From contig JBHGNT010000002.1 of NCBI GenBank assembly GCA_043228905.1, positions 26,350,001-26,414,000 of the forward strand: DNA of 64,000 nucleotides, written 5' to 3'. Positions 37,143 through 49,300 of this stretch are shown here, one piece after another. This DNA is from Azolla caroliniana (taxonomy: Eukaryota > Plantae > Polypodiophyta). The translations under genes and the position numbers were made by a program. Under the pieces are notes generated by a model. That model was given only the letters and a program-made list of their open reading frames with translations, did not search any database and was not told where the DNA came from. Every line of letters begins with the position of its first letter. The stretch's first letter is position 1.

Positions 37143-38614
37143 AGATCTGTTATGGCCAAAAAGTGCATCGTGGGAGGAAATTGATCATGTCACACGACAT
37201 AAATTAAACAATAATTCTCAATCTTGCCTTTGTACAAATGACCAGATCCAGCGATGAATCCACCAGTTATTTGAAATATTAGCCAAGGCTCTTCAAAACT
37301 CTTGGCTTGTTTCGATAGTCTTAAAGCATACCAATAGTTTGTAATGGTACAAGAAGCTGGAATTTGTTGTTTTTATGCATTGAAGTCAATTAATTCCTTG
37401 ATTGTGAGAAACCTAAAAACTTCAGACATCATAAAATGTGATTTGGTCAGAGATTAACTAAACTCTAAAGGAAGCATGCTGAAATTGATAGGAGCATCGA
37501 GTTGACTGCATACTAAACTGAATCTATCTAGAAACCATTGCATAAGCACAACAATAAGAATTACATGCATTCAAAGCTATTCAAACATGAGAAATATTCA
37601 AAGAATTGCTCAACGAATTTGCGCAATATGACAGATTATTCAATAAGTATTTCAGATTACTTTTCTGCTATGACAGGGTTAAATTACAAAGGAAAGTGTC
37701 TGAAAGGAAATATCGAATGAAAACAAAATTCAGAGTTTGAGGGTCTTTGACAAACACTGTCTCTTGATTTCTCTAATGAAAGTGTTTACATGCAGACAAA
37801 AATATAGGGCTCAATCAGAGAGAGATGAAAATCAAATTGAAATATCTAGAGACACCAAGTATTTACTTGATAAATTTAAAGAAATTAATTATTTCAGAAT
37901 TTTGCAAGATCTAGACAGACCAAGTTCTTTTTTCTGCTGTGAAACAACCATTTTTGAACCAGAAAGAAATAATTGATGAAATCTATGGCCTTCTGTGAAT
38001 TTTCTGAGAATTTGATAGGATTTCTTCTGGAAATTCTGTCCTCTTCAGAGAAAGAAAGATCATCACACAAAAAACGTACCTTCACAGAAACAAACTCGAT
38101 GTCGAATCAGAGAAAGGTGCTGACGAGGAAACAAATAGAGAAAGGTATGGAATTCGCAGAGTTCATGGAAATTTTGAACAAACTATGAGGCGTCTGTAAA
38201 TTGGATAAATCTACGAAATTTCTGTGATTAAGCAGGATTTTCACTTCTGAGAGAACAAGAACAAAACGTAGTTCGCAGAAACAACAAACTCGTTTGGATC
38301 GGAGAAAGAGCGAGATTGTAATTTGCAGTAAGGAAAAATACCATCAATAGAGGGAACGAAATAGCTACGGGCAATAGAAAAAGAATAAGATGCAAAAAAC
38401 ACAGAGAAACACGAAATCTGCTGGAATTCGGATACGAGCAAACTGTTGTGAATTCCTTGCAAATCGAAACAAACAAAGAGACAAGAGAATCGTACCTTCG
38501 CAAGAAGCAAACAATTTGGCTTGGAGAAGATCAGAAACGGTGGTAAGGAGAAAGACGTACGTCCGATCATTCGAAAAGGAAAGCTATGGCATTCTTCCTC
38601 TCTGCGTTCTGCGA

Positions 38615-38846
38615 AAACCCTAATTTCGTTTGGCTCTGTGTGTGTGGGTGCGCCTGTGCGCGCGTGTCTCTCCTGATGCACAAAGATGAGACTGGTGCCA
38701 CGTGGATGCCCACGTCAGCAGGAGCTTCCCGTTTTCCTTGTTAGCCTGTCCGCTTGGCGAAGGCTGCGGCATGTGAGCTTGCCCGCCACGTCAGCGACGT
38801 GGAAGCCACGTCAACATGGCTTTGGCTGTCCATCCGCCACGTCAGC
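38615..38846. promoter_or_regulatory. TIFY8 upstream region: telo-box plus cluster of six ACGT-core bZIP/bHLH elements
   Basis: AAACCCTAA at 38615-38623. GCCACGTGG at 38697. CCACGTCA at 38710, 38786, 38806 and 38837. GACGTGG at 38796. GC-rich patch at the 5' end of the gene. Confidence 0.6.
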
Positions 38847-39022
38847 ACCACTTTCTCCTGCTCTCTTTTATAGGATGAAAGTTAGTTAGTTAGTTACTAA
38901 TCGTTTGTGGGCTCTCTCTTTCCTCGTAATTAGCTTACCCTAGTAGTAAGTTGTTACACTATTAGTGTTTATGTCTTGGGTTCTAACCTTGCTATCACTC
39001 ATACATGTATAAATCTCTTAAT

Positions 39023-39105
39023 TTATTAGATGCCATTGTAGAATGTAGGCGTTGAACCCATGACCTCATGGTCTCCATTGGAGGGGCAACCTTACCAAGT
39101 GAGCT
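39023..39105 (-). mobile_element. tRNA-derived SINE copy
   Basis: Minus strand AGCTCACTTGGTAAGG (A-box-like)...GGGTTCAACGCC (B-box-like)...ACATTCTACAATGGCATCTA; homologous to copies at 39243 and 47961. Confidence 0.6.
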
Positions 39106-39242
39106 CGAGCACTCGTTCTCTTTGTCTTTTTTGTATCGTAACTAGCTTATTGTAGTGGTTAGTCATTAACATTAGTAAGACTACATCTTGGGTTTGAAAC
39201 CTAATTATCTCACCTCTCTATTACTTCATAGATATCGCTTAT

Positions 39243-39335
39243 TTCACTAGATGCCACTGTAGAATGTGGGGGTTGAACCCATAACCACCTAGTCTCAATT
39301 GGGCAACCTTACCAACTGAGCTACATCCATCTGGG
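39243..39335 (-). mobile_element. tRNA-derived SINE copy
   Basis: Minus strand AGATGGATGTAGCTCAGTTGGTAAGG...GGGTTCAACCCCCACATTCTACAGTGGCATCTAG. A and B boxes are present but there is no acceptor-stem pairing. Confidence 0.65.
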
Positions 39336-39983
39336 CTCTCTCTTTCTCTCTCTCTCTCTCTCTTTTGAGAGAACTCTGAGAAAATTGATGATAAAATTCT
39401 TGGATGGGGCGAGTGACCAACTGCCACTACATGATATGGAGATCTTATCAACGTAAAACTAACATGTTTGGTGTCTTTGTTAGGCCTTGCTTCTTCTTCT
39501 TCTACTACTTCTTCTTGACTTCCTTCGTTTATATACATGTAGAAATTAGAAATTAGAATGTCACGGAATCTAGTGCTTGGATATATTAACCATCTGGCTT
39601 ATCCTTGCAAAAGATTTTGTTTGAACGATTTGCTTTGCTTGGTAAGTGAAGACGACAATTATAGTCTCTCCCTCCCTCTCGTTGTAAGCTCTTAGGCTAG
39701 AACCACAACACATGATCGTGCGTTCAAATCATTAGTATCGCAAATCTCCATTGCACAACAATATATACCACATCCCTTTCGTTGATGCATCAAAAGGAAC
39801 AACAACCTTGCGGTCTCCAAATAGTTCGCACACAACCATCTTGCTCATGACCCACTTGGCCAACCCTTTCTCTTGTTCTCAATGATTTGCAGTTAACTTT
39901 TTAATCTAATCTAAAAAGAGAGTGCATGCATTCTCGTGTTTTCTTACTTATTGCTATAACTCTAAAAGCTTTACCTAAGGTCA

Positions 39984-40506
39984 CGAAAGTTGCTTTAGAT
40001 AACGTGTTGCGATTCATGCTTCTCCTCTTTCTCGTCATTGAGGTCCCCTTTGTGGTAACTGTTGAGATATCAAGCTCAACTAGTTTAATCTAGTTAGTCA
40101 ACACATGTAACTTAGTAGTTACCTAGATCTAATCTAGTTAATGTGTTGACCTTAAGCCTTTAAATAGGACCTTGTACTTAAGTATGATATTCTAGATCCT
40201 CCACCCCTTAGTACATTTAATGTAGGACTTACACATAAGTACCTATGTCCTACCCACACATGTGCACCTTTGCACATGGGTTGTATATATATCTCATTGT
40301 GGGTATTTTTGTATGTTGATGACACTTTTCAATATAGTCAATCATCCCCCATTTATCTTTGTGTTCAAGTGTAACTTCCTCTCTCTCTCTCTCTCTCTCT
40401 TCCTCTCACACACTCTCACGCGCATATCATACTAATCTTTCGCTGCTTAACATAACCATATAATTAGTCGCTAATTAACCCTAGTTAATTACCTAATTAC
40501 TTAACA
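39984..40506 (+). repeat. 5' LTR
   Basis: Direct repeat of 42384-42900; ends ...TTAACA immediately before the PBS. Confidence 0.95.
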
Positions 40507-40682
40507 TGGTATCAGAGCGCGTGGTTTAGGAAATCCACTAAGCCCACCGCTTATTCGTGATTGTGTGTTCGAGACGCCGACGACAAATCCCGGCTATTTG
40601 CTATCCGCTACCGTAGTGCCGCTACGAAGGACGTGTACGCGACCAAGAGAAGAAAAACAAAACGGAAGACACAACAATCAAC

Positions 40683-42383
40683 ATGAACAAACAAATGGGA
40701 AGCTCACTCCCTAGCGAAAAGCTAGACCGAAGCAACTATTCATCTTGGGAGTACAAGATGAATCAATACCTTGTCAACCAAGGGTATTGGAGCTACATCA
40801 ACGGCGCACAAGAAAACAAACCTGAAACCACACACGCCAACTACCCAACGTGGGAGCAAGGCGCGAGTCGGGTAATGTATTGCTTGGCAACATGTGTAAA
40901 CGACCACATGCTTAGCCACATTCGTGACGCCAAGACGCCCAAAGAGGCGTGGGAAAATCTCAAGAAGATTTTCGCCGCGGACACATCCGCACGCAAGCTT
41001 CAACTCTGGCAAGAGTTGAACAACATACAACAAAAAGAAATGTCCGTGACGGACTACACCACCAAGATCAAGAGCATTTGCGACTCACTTGGCTCCATCA
41101 ACGTCAACATCGACGAGGACGAGATGGTGCAAGTATGCTTGGGCGGCCTCGCACAACGATTCAACCCGTTGAGAACGGCAATCTTGGCGAGAGATACCCC
41201 TCCCTCGTTCTTCAACCTCCAATCAATGCTATTGGTCGAAGAAAACCATGTTCAACCAAAGACCAACACATCAGAAGGACAAATGCTCTTCTCCGATACG
41301 GATGGTGCCCATAGACGAGGTCGACGCGGAAGAGGTCAATTCGACCTATCCCACGAAGGGAATTCACAATTTCGGCAAGGAAACGGAAGCCATCGAGGAA
41401 CCTTCACAAGAAGGGGGAGCTTCCACACCGAATAAGGTCGGCGAACGACGCCACCTACGTGCAACTATTGCGGCAAAATCGGCCATCGTGAAGAGGAGTG
41501 CCGAAAAAGACGAAGCGAGTCGGCCTCAACAAGCCGGCAACTCACAAATTACGCCGTGAACGCAGAATACGCGGACTCTTCGTGATGAGGCATAGAGCGA
41601 ACTCTATGATGGCCTCCGATCCCGCAAACTCCGCAAGCACCTCCAACTCCGAACACGCGTGGTTCGTAGACTCTACAGCCTCGCACCACATGACGTCGCA
41701 CCAAGAGTGGTTTCGTGACTTGCGAACGCCGGATCGACCTGGCTACATAGAAACTGGAGACGACACTCCGCATCCCATTCGGCACATCGGCGATGTCCCA
41801 TTCGGGAAAGAAGGCGAGCAAACTTGCATCAAGAATGTCTTGCACGTGCCCACAATAACAAAGAATTTGGTCTCGGTCGGCCAAATTGTGGAGCAAGGCA
41901 TGCAAGTCCGCTTCAACAATGAAGGTTGCTTCATCGAGAAAGACGGCCGACTCATAGCCAAGGGACGGAGAGACAGTCGCTTGTTCATCCTCGACTCAAA
42001 CAAGGTAAAATCAGCCATGTACGCCAAAGGTCTCAAGACCGAGACAAACATCGAGTTGTGGCACAAGCGAATCGGCCATGTAAACCTCCAATGGCTTCGC
42101 GGAATGCAGTCAAAGGGAGTCGTAATCGGACTCCCGACCTTCGAATCGAAACGAGTCGACCGAGTGTGTGAAGCATGCCAACTCGGCAAACAACATCGAC
42201 TCCCATTCCCGAAGGAGAGCTCCACAAGCAAAGACCTCCTCGACGTCATACACTTGGATGTATGGGGACCGGCTCAAACGTCGACGCTCGGCGGATGCCG
42301 CTACTACGTCACCTTCATCGACGACCACTCGCGTTATGCGTGGATATACCCGATGAAGAAGAAGAGCGAAGTGCTCTCCCATT
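40683..42383 (+). pseudogene. Disrupted copia gag-pol
   Basis: Gag KLDRSNYSSW from 40683. In-frame TAA at 41433-41435 just before the zinc knuckle CNYCGKIGHREEEC. Frameshift near 41570. Then protease WFVDSTASHHMT, LWHKRIGH/CEACQLGKQ, and integrase IHLDVWGP..FIDDHSRY cut off at the LTR. Confidence 0.9.
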
Positions 42384-42900
42384 TGAAAGTTGCTTTAGAT
42401 AATGTGTTGCGATTCATTCTTCTCCTCTTTCTCGTCATTGAGGCCCCCTTTGTGGTAACTGTTGAGATATCAAGCTCAACTAGTTTAATCCAGTTAGTCA
42501 ACACATGTAACTTAGTAGTTACCTAGATCGAATCTAGTTAATGTGTTGACCTTAAGCCTTTAAATAGGACCTTGTACTTAAGTATGATATTCTAGATCCT
42601 CCACTCCTTAGTACATTTAATGTAGGACTTACACATAAGTACCTATGTCCTACCCACACATGTGCACCTTTGCACATGGGTTGTATATATATCTCATTGT
42701 GGGTATTTTTGTATGTTGATGACACTTTTCAATATAGTCAATCATCCCCCATGTATCTTTGTGTTCAAGTGTAACTTCCTCTCTCTCTCTCTCTTCCTCT
42801 CACACACTCTCACGCGCATATCATACTAATCTTTCGATGCTTAACATAACCATATAATTAGTCGCTAATTAACCCTAGTTAATTACCTAATTACTTAACA
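42384..42900 (+). repeat. 3' LTR
   Basis: TG...CA termini; near-identical to the 5' LTR. Confidence 0.95.
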
Positions 42901-43088
42901 GTAACAAACAAAAAAGAGAGCCATACACTGTAGTCATCATGAATCATAGGCACATCGAAGAACAATGGGATTCATTGTTAAGTTTGCATTATACAAAGAG
43001 AAAATCAATTTTTGTGGGGCCGTGCATTCAAACTTCGAGATACACAATTAGTTGTTTCTATGTGAAACAATTTCATGGCATTCTAGGC

Positions 43089-43089
<1 letters not shown>

Positions 43090-43119
<30 letters not shown>

Positions 43120-43205
43120 AAGAAGAAGAAACCACGTGTCATATGTACATAGGTAGCTATGATTGCTCCTGTTGTAAGGGAGCAATGAGTTCCACGTGTC
43201 ATATG
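43090..43205. promoter_or_regulatory. (AAG)n tract followed by two identical G-box/ABRE-containing 14-mers
   Basis: CCACGTGTCATATG at 43132 and 43192, 140-210 bp upstream of the ATG at 43345. Confidence 0.5.
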
Positions 43206-43344
43206 GATGGGGCGGGAGACACATACATATGTAATATGTGGGTGTGTGTGCCTGTCAAAATGAGAGGAAAACTGAGTGGAACAGAGAGTGAGAGACGGGC
43301 AACAACCCCATTTGCACAAAAGAAAAAACAGACAAGAGGAAAAG

Positions 43345-46300
43345 ATGCATTTCCCTGTGCTTAAGCAACCTCATGGATTGTTGTTGGTGTCCTCCATACC
43401 CCATTCGAAGAATAGGAGGATCTCTGGATTACGTCCTGGCCCTCTGTTTCAGGTTATACATTGCTCCGTTCCTCAGCGCGGTGAAGATAATGGTCATGAC
43501 TACTCAAATGCAAAAGTTTTGATACTTGGAGCTACTGGTAGAGTTGGAAGCTCTGCGGCTCGCGCTCTCTCTAGACATTGTCCTCACCTTAACCTCCTGT
43601 TGGCTGGTCGCAACAGGTAAGCATTACTTGCTTTTTTCTCTTTTCGCCTTTTGCTTTTTCTCCGTTTGCCTTTTCTTATATTTAATTTCACTCATTGGAT
43701 TCTTTTTTCGGTGATTCTTTCCTTTCTCTCTCATTGTGATTGTTTTAAATTCCTTTGTTTGCTTATATTTGGGCTGGTTCGACATTAAGCACATGCCATC
43801 GTGATGTTGTGGTTATTATTTAGAGCAAGTTGTTTATATTGAGGGTTTTAATGTTTAAGAAAATATACCATACTGATTTTAATTTCTTGGGGTTTACTTA
43901 TACAAGGGTTGTTGCTATAAGGAAATATCATCTTGATTCGGTTATTATTTAGAGCAAGTTGTTTATATTGAGGGTTTTAATGTTTAAGAAAATATGCCTT
44001 GGTGATTTTAATTTCTTGGGGTTTTGCTTATACGAGGGTTGTTAATATAAGGAAATACCATCTTGATTCTTGGTTTTAATTGTTTCTTGTAGTGAGATTG
44101 TTAAATCTTAAGAACATATCATGGTAGTTTTTATTGTTTGGGGTTTGTTTATAGTGTCTTTTTTGTCCAAAAAAAGATACTAAATTAGTATTAGAAAACC
44201 CACAATATATACCACAGATCCCCTTTTTTCTAAATTCTAACCGGCTTAAATAAATACTTTGGTGTAGAGTAAAACCACTCCACCTTATTAGAAAGCCATC
44301 TATAAAATATACCTATGTCCCAGATGGCATGAAACTCCAATCGCTTAAGCTCCGCTTGTTGCGTATTACCTTTAATACTATCCAACAAACCTCTGAGATT
44401 ATGCACAATCTCTGTCCAAATCCAAGAAATTTTTTGGGCAAAGCTTTCAGTCACATTTTGAAATACCTTCAAACATTGAGCCTTCCAAATATACCAAATT
44501 GTAATATTACTTACCAGTTGCCATATTTGAGTTTTATTAGTCTTTATTTGTGGATTCAAAGGTATCAATCTTTTTCCATCAAACCACGTCTCATCGCAAT
44601 AACATCTGCAACCTCCTCCTATACCATAGGTTTATCTTGTACCACTGCCCATAATACTGCTCCCAATGTATACACTGCTCAAGGATATATTGGTATTAAT
44701 AATGCTATGATTCGTTTCTATATGTCCATAGCAAAACCACAACTCCACCACCAATGCTTATAATGTCTTTCCTAATTCTAAGAACATCTTATTGTGAAGA
44801 TAGTATTGCTAACAGTAAGAACATATCATCCAGATTCTTCCTTGTTTGCTAAAATATATAGTGGGTTGCTATTGTTAAAAACAAGTGATTATGTTTGCTT
44901 ATAGTTGGGTTCTTAATCTTGTGAACCTATCACTGTGATTTATTCTTTTTGTTGTTTAGTGTGGGGTTGTTTATTCTATAAGCATATCATCATGATTCTT
45001 TCTTTTCTTAATTTTTATTTCTATTATAGGGTTCTTACGGTTAAAAATACAGCATTGTAATTCTCTATCCATTACTTTTTGTTTGCTTAGCGTGAGGTTT
45101 ATTAGTGTGAAGAGCATATCATTGCTCATAGTGGATTGCCAATGAGAACAATTGACTTTGGGAGGGAATTGAATTGGTAAAAAACACAGGAAATTGATGA
45201 AGGTTATGATGGGATAGTTATTATAAAACTCAAACATGGAAAAGGAAATTTTGAGGCAGAGAGGATATGTGTAACAGTTGACAATGCCATTGCTGGCTTT
45301 TGAAAAATGTTATCTTCCCAACAAAGTAGTGGAAGTACATCTATTGGCATCATTTCTTTCAATCCTGACAAGTAAACTTTCTTTGATGTACTATACCATC
45401 ATAGATCTCTTTGACAAATCAGATCAACATATATCTTATGTAAAACACTTTTTTTCTAATAATTAAATCTCGTTAATCTTCTTGTGTGCTTGTATCCTTG
45501 CAAGAGAAAAAGGAGAGAAACTCTTATCTGAGATAAAGGGAAACACTCAATTTGTAAATGTTGATATTGATGACCGATCAACGTTAGAATCAGCCTTTAA
45601 TGGTAAAGCCCTTAACATTTTTGCTGAAGTTTGTATGTCTGTGATGATGATGAGGAAAGTTTTGTTATATATAATGAATTATTCTACAGGGATAGACCTT
45701 GTAGTTCATGCAGCTGGACCATTCCAACGTAAAGAGCATTGCAATGTTCTTGAAGCGGCTATTTCTAAAAAGGTCGGGATATATAGTCACATACACGTGT
45801 ATAATATATATGTATATGTATATGATGTATATGGATATGTATATATGTATGTGTATATGTTTATATGTGTGTATTTGTACGTGTACGTGTATGTGCTTAA
45901 CTAGTGGGAATATCTAGCATCTTGGCCAGTTTTACTAATCTCTTTTGATTTGTTTGGTCTCCAAAGATGAGACAACATTTTAAAAGATGTGATGTCTCGT
46001 TTGGCCTCATCACCCATATAAATGCATACATCTATATATGTGTGTATACATACATATACATGCATGCATACACATATATCATTGTGTCTCTCTCCAGAGG
46101 ATGAACTTGACCAAAAAAACTGATGCATTATGATCCACTTCATGGTGCCAAATGAGACAAAAAGAAACTATAAATTGTTGGGTAAAGAAAAGGAATCGTC
46201 TTAAAATATGAATTTAACATTATTAAATTCATGGGGAAACATATGGTGTTTCCTTTGTTTTTTGTTTCTCCAAAAAAAGATACTATATTAGTATTAAGAA

Positions 46301-49300
46301 ATGCCCTAAGGCTATACATAAAAGATGGACCTTTTGGTAATGAGCCCCTTTTCTAAGTTCTAATCGTCGGCTTAAATAAATACTTCGGTGTAGAGTAGAA
46401 CCACTCCACCTTATCAGAAATCCATCTATAAAATATGCCTGTCCCAGATGGCATGAAACTCCAATCGTTTGAGTTCCGCCTGTTACGTATTACCTTTTAT
46501 GTTATCCAAAGAACCTCTGAAATTATGCACAATCTCTGTCCAAATCCCAGAAATGATCTGGGCAGGTCTTTCAGTCACATTTTGGAATACCTTCAAACAT
46601 CGAGCCTTCCAAATATACCAAATTGTGATACTACTTACCAATTGCCATATTTCAGATTTATCATTTGAGGTTCTGTGATGATTACTACACCTCAGCTGTA
46701 TCATGTTAACTGAAACTTTTCCTTGGCCATTGTTTCTTTGACTTTGTCCTATTACTTCAAGAGATAGTTTGAATGAGTTGAGACTCAATTTCAAGTTTTT
46801 TGATACTCTTTTATCTTTGGTTCTGATTAATGTTGAATTAGGTAGACACTTCGATGTTCATGCATTTAAGAGTCCTGCTATATCGTTGTGATGTTTTTGC
46901 CATGGGAAATCAATACCCTTACAAAATGGTATATAGAAATGGACATGAATTCTTCTAACATTATGTTGATATATTTTATATCTATGTACATATATTTACA
47001 GGTTGCATACATAGATGTATGTGATGATCATGATTATGCACGTTGCCTAAAGGGTCTACATGAGAAAGCGAAGAATGCAAATGTGTCTGCAATAACAACT
47101 GCAGGGATATACCCGGGGATCAGCAATGGTTATTATCTGATCTAAACTATCGTTTCCCATGACATCCAGTGGCATATGTGCATAGAAACATTTGTCTGAC
47201 TGTATACAAGGAAACCAATGCAGTGATGGCAGCTGAGCTTGTGCGTTTGACAATGGCGTCTGACTTTATCTCCGATATGCAAAGAGAGCCAGATTTTTTG
47301 AGGTAAAAAATTACTAATATTAACGAAATATGTTTACTTGGATACCTATTGATTAAATAAAATGTGAACATTGTACCAAATTTGATTTTTGGGAAGAATT
47401 CTATTGTCCTTATTGTGATGTCGAGGAATATTAGAAATAAGGGGTAAATAAGAGATTTTGAATATCAAAAGGGAACTTGGTTCTAAACTCCAAATATGCA
47501 AACATCGCTGCATAGTATATGTATTGTTAAAGTTTCTGAATTTTTATTAATATTGTTGGAAAGTTTCATTTTTAATAAACTTTGCTTTTAGCTTCTAACA
47601 TCACATTTTCAGATTCTCATATTTCACTGCAGGATCTGGTGGAGCTGGACCAACTATACTCTCTACAAGCTATTTGCTCCTTGGTGAAGAGGTTCTTGCT
47701 TACCGGAAAGGTCACTTTTCTGTCAAAGAATATTTTGTAGCAAATTGAAGGAGCCTTTTTTTAATTTTTTTTCTCAGAAGTGTAATTTGTGTATTTATAT
47801 GTTACAGGAGAGAAGCTGAAACTCAAACCCTACAGTGGTTGCCTTGATGTGGACTTTGGCAAGGGTGTTGGGCAACGAAGTGTATATCTTTTGTAAGTTT
47901 ATCTCCAAACTTTTATACCAAAGCTCAAAGGAACGGAAGAAAGATATATTAACATGTCTAGCCTAGATGATTGTAGCTCAATTGGTAAGGTTTGTGGAGA
48001 CCATAAGATCATGTGTTCAGCCTTACATTCTGAGGTGGTAACTAGTAACATTGTGCGTACAGTGAGATCAGAACCTGGTGCTTGGATCAGTAAAAAATTG
48101 TCTTACGATTAGGGTACATCCCAAATATGAAGTAAAAATTTAACACCTCTAAAAGACCATTATGGCATATGTAACTTGGCAAAAATTTTAACTTTATACG
48201 CCAAGTTGTCAATGCACATAACAAAGAAAGAGAGAACAAGGAAAATATATTTCTACTTGAGCTCCCTAAAACTACATAACGTGAAATTTAATCATGAAAC
48301 CACAAAATCAAAGCCGGTGGTTGATCCTTGGAACTGAAATTTATATGCTCCTAAAAAAATCCATCATGTGAGAAAATTCAATATGTAGGATGAGGACATT
48401 TGTGATGCCAGTGTTATTATGAGGAGGACATTGAAATCATGTTGCCAGTTGGCATAGGCAACATCCATGACAAAGTGCAATGGCTCTAGTTGTCATGAAT
48501 CATCTAAGTCACGATTCCACTTTGGCCATATCTGTTTCCTTGTACATCACGAGTGTTCCTAGTAGTATCTGTTGAAGAAATATGTCAAAGTCCTCTGGCT
48601 AGGTGGATGAGTGAGCGTTGAAATCTCCCTCAAGATGCCCTCTCTATGCCCCTTATGTTTTAAAAGGGAAAACTGTCTATGCTCATTGTATTCCATTACT
48701 CTAAGAGTCTACACAGAGGTCCAAATGCGACAAATAGGACTTTCACTGATCTCGTAATAGAGTGGTGATTACATATAAAATGATGCCCAGATTCAACTTC
48801 TTGATTCTGGCCAATTGGACCGTCTAAAGCCATATATATGTATTTTGCAGCCTCTATCCTTCGTTGATAAGATGATGTCTCACTTTTCTACTGTGTGATG
48901 GGCATGTGACGTGGGTCTTTATATATTTATCTTCAATGATGAAACCATATGTGGACAAATGCAGAAAGAGAAACTTATAATTGGCCATCATTGTATTTTT
49001 TAATTTATCCAATTTAATTCTTTGTGCACTTCAATGATATATGTTTATGTTACTTATTTCTCTATCTTGGTCATAGCCAAAAATGGACAGTAAAGGATAT
49101 AGTGAAATGATGGGAGCATTCTGTACTTCGAACTAGTCTTTCAAAGCTGGCAGATGGGGCCATCTAAAGCTGTGTGTATATCTTGCAGTCTGTATCAGTC
49201 ATTAATGAGATGATAACAGACTTGTCCTATTGTGTGAAGGGTGTGTAATGTGTCAGGATGTACTTGGCTTGAATAATGAAACCATACGGAGACAAATGTA

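Larger units (their letters stand above)
39984..42900 (+). mobile_element. Ty1/copia LTR retrotransposon, internally truncated (no RT, RNase H or PPT)
   Basis: LTRs 39984-40506 and 42384-42900 differ by about 8-9 substitutions plus a CT-repeat indel (by eye). PBS TGGTATCAGAGC (tRNA-iMet) at 40507-40518. Order gag, protease, GAG-pre-integrase, integrase start. Flanks GTCAC/GTAAC match 4 of 5. Confidence 0.95.

Noticed and set aside
39243-39335. Functional tRNA gene
   Set aside because: A and B boxes are present but there is no cloverleaf or acceptor stem. Diverged dispersed copies sharing a non-tRNA tail fit a SINE.
41433-41435. Stop codon in gag as programmed readthrough
   Set aside because: It lies before the zinc knuckle, has no readthrough context, is explained by a CAA to TAA change, and a frameshift follows nearby.
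42384-42526. Hydrophobic tail on the pol ORF suggesting an env-like or TM fusion
   Set aside because: It is chance read-through into the LTR from an already broken ORF.
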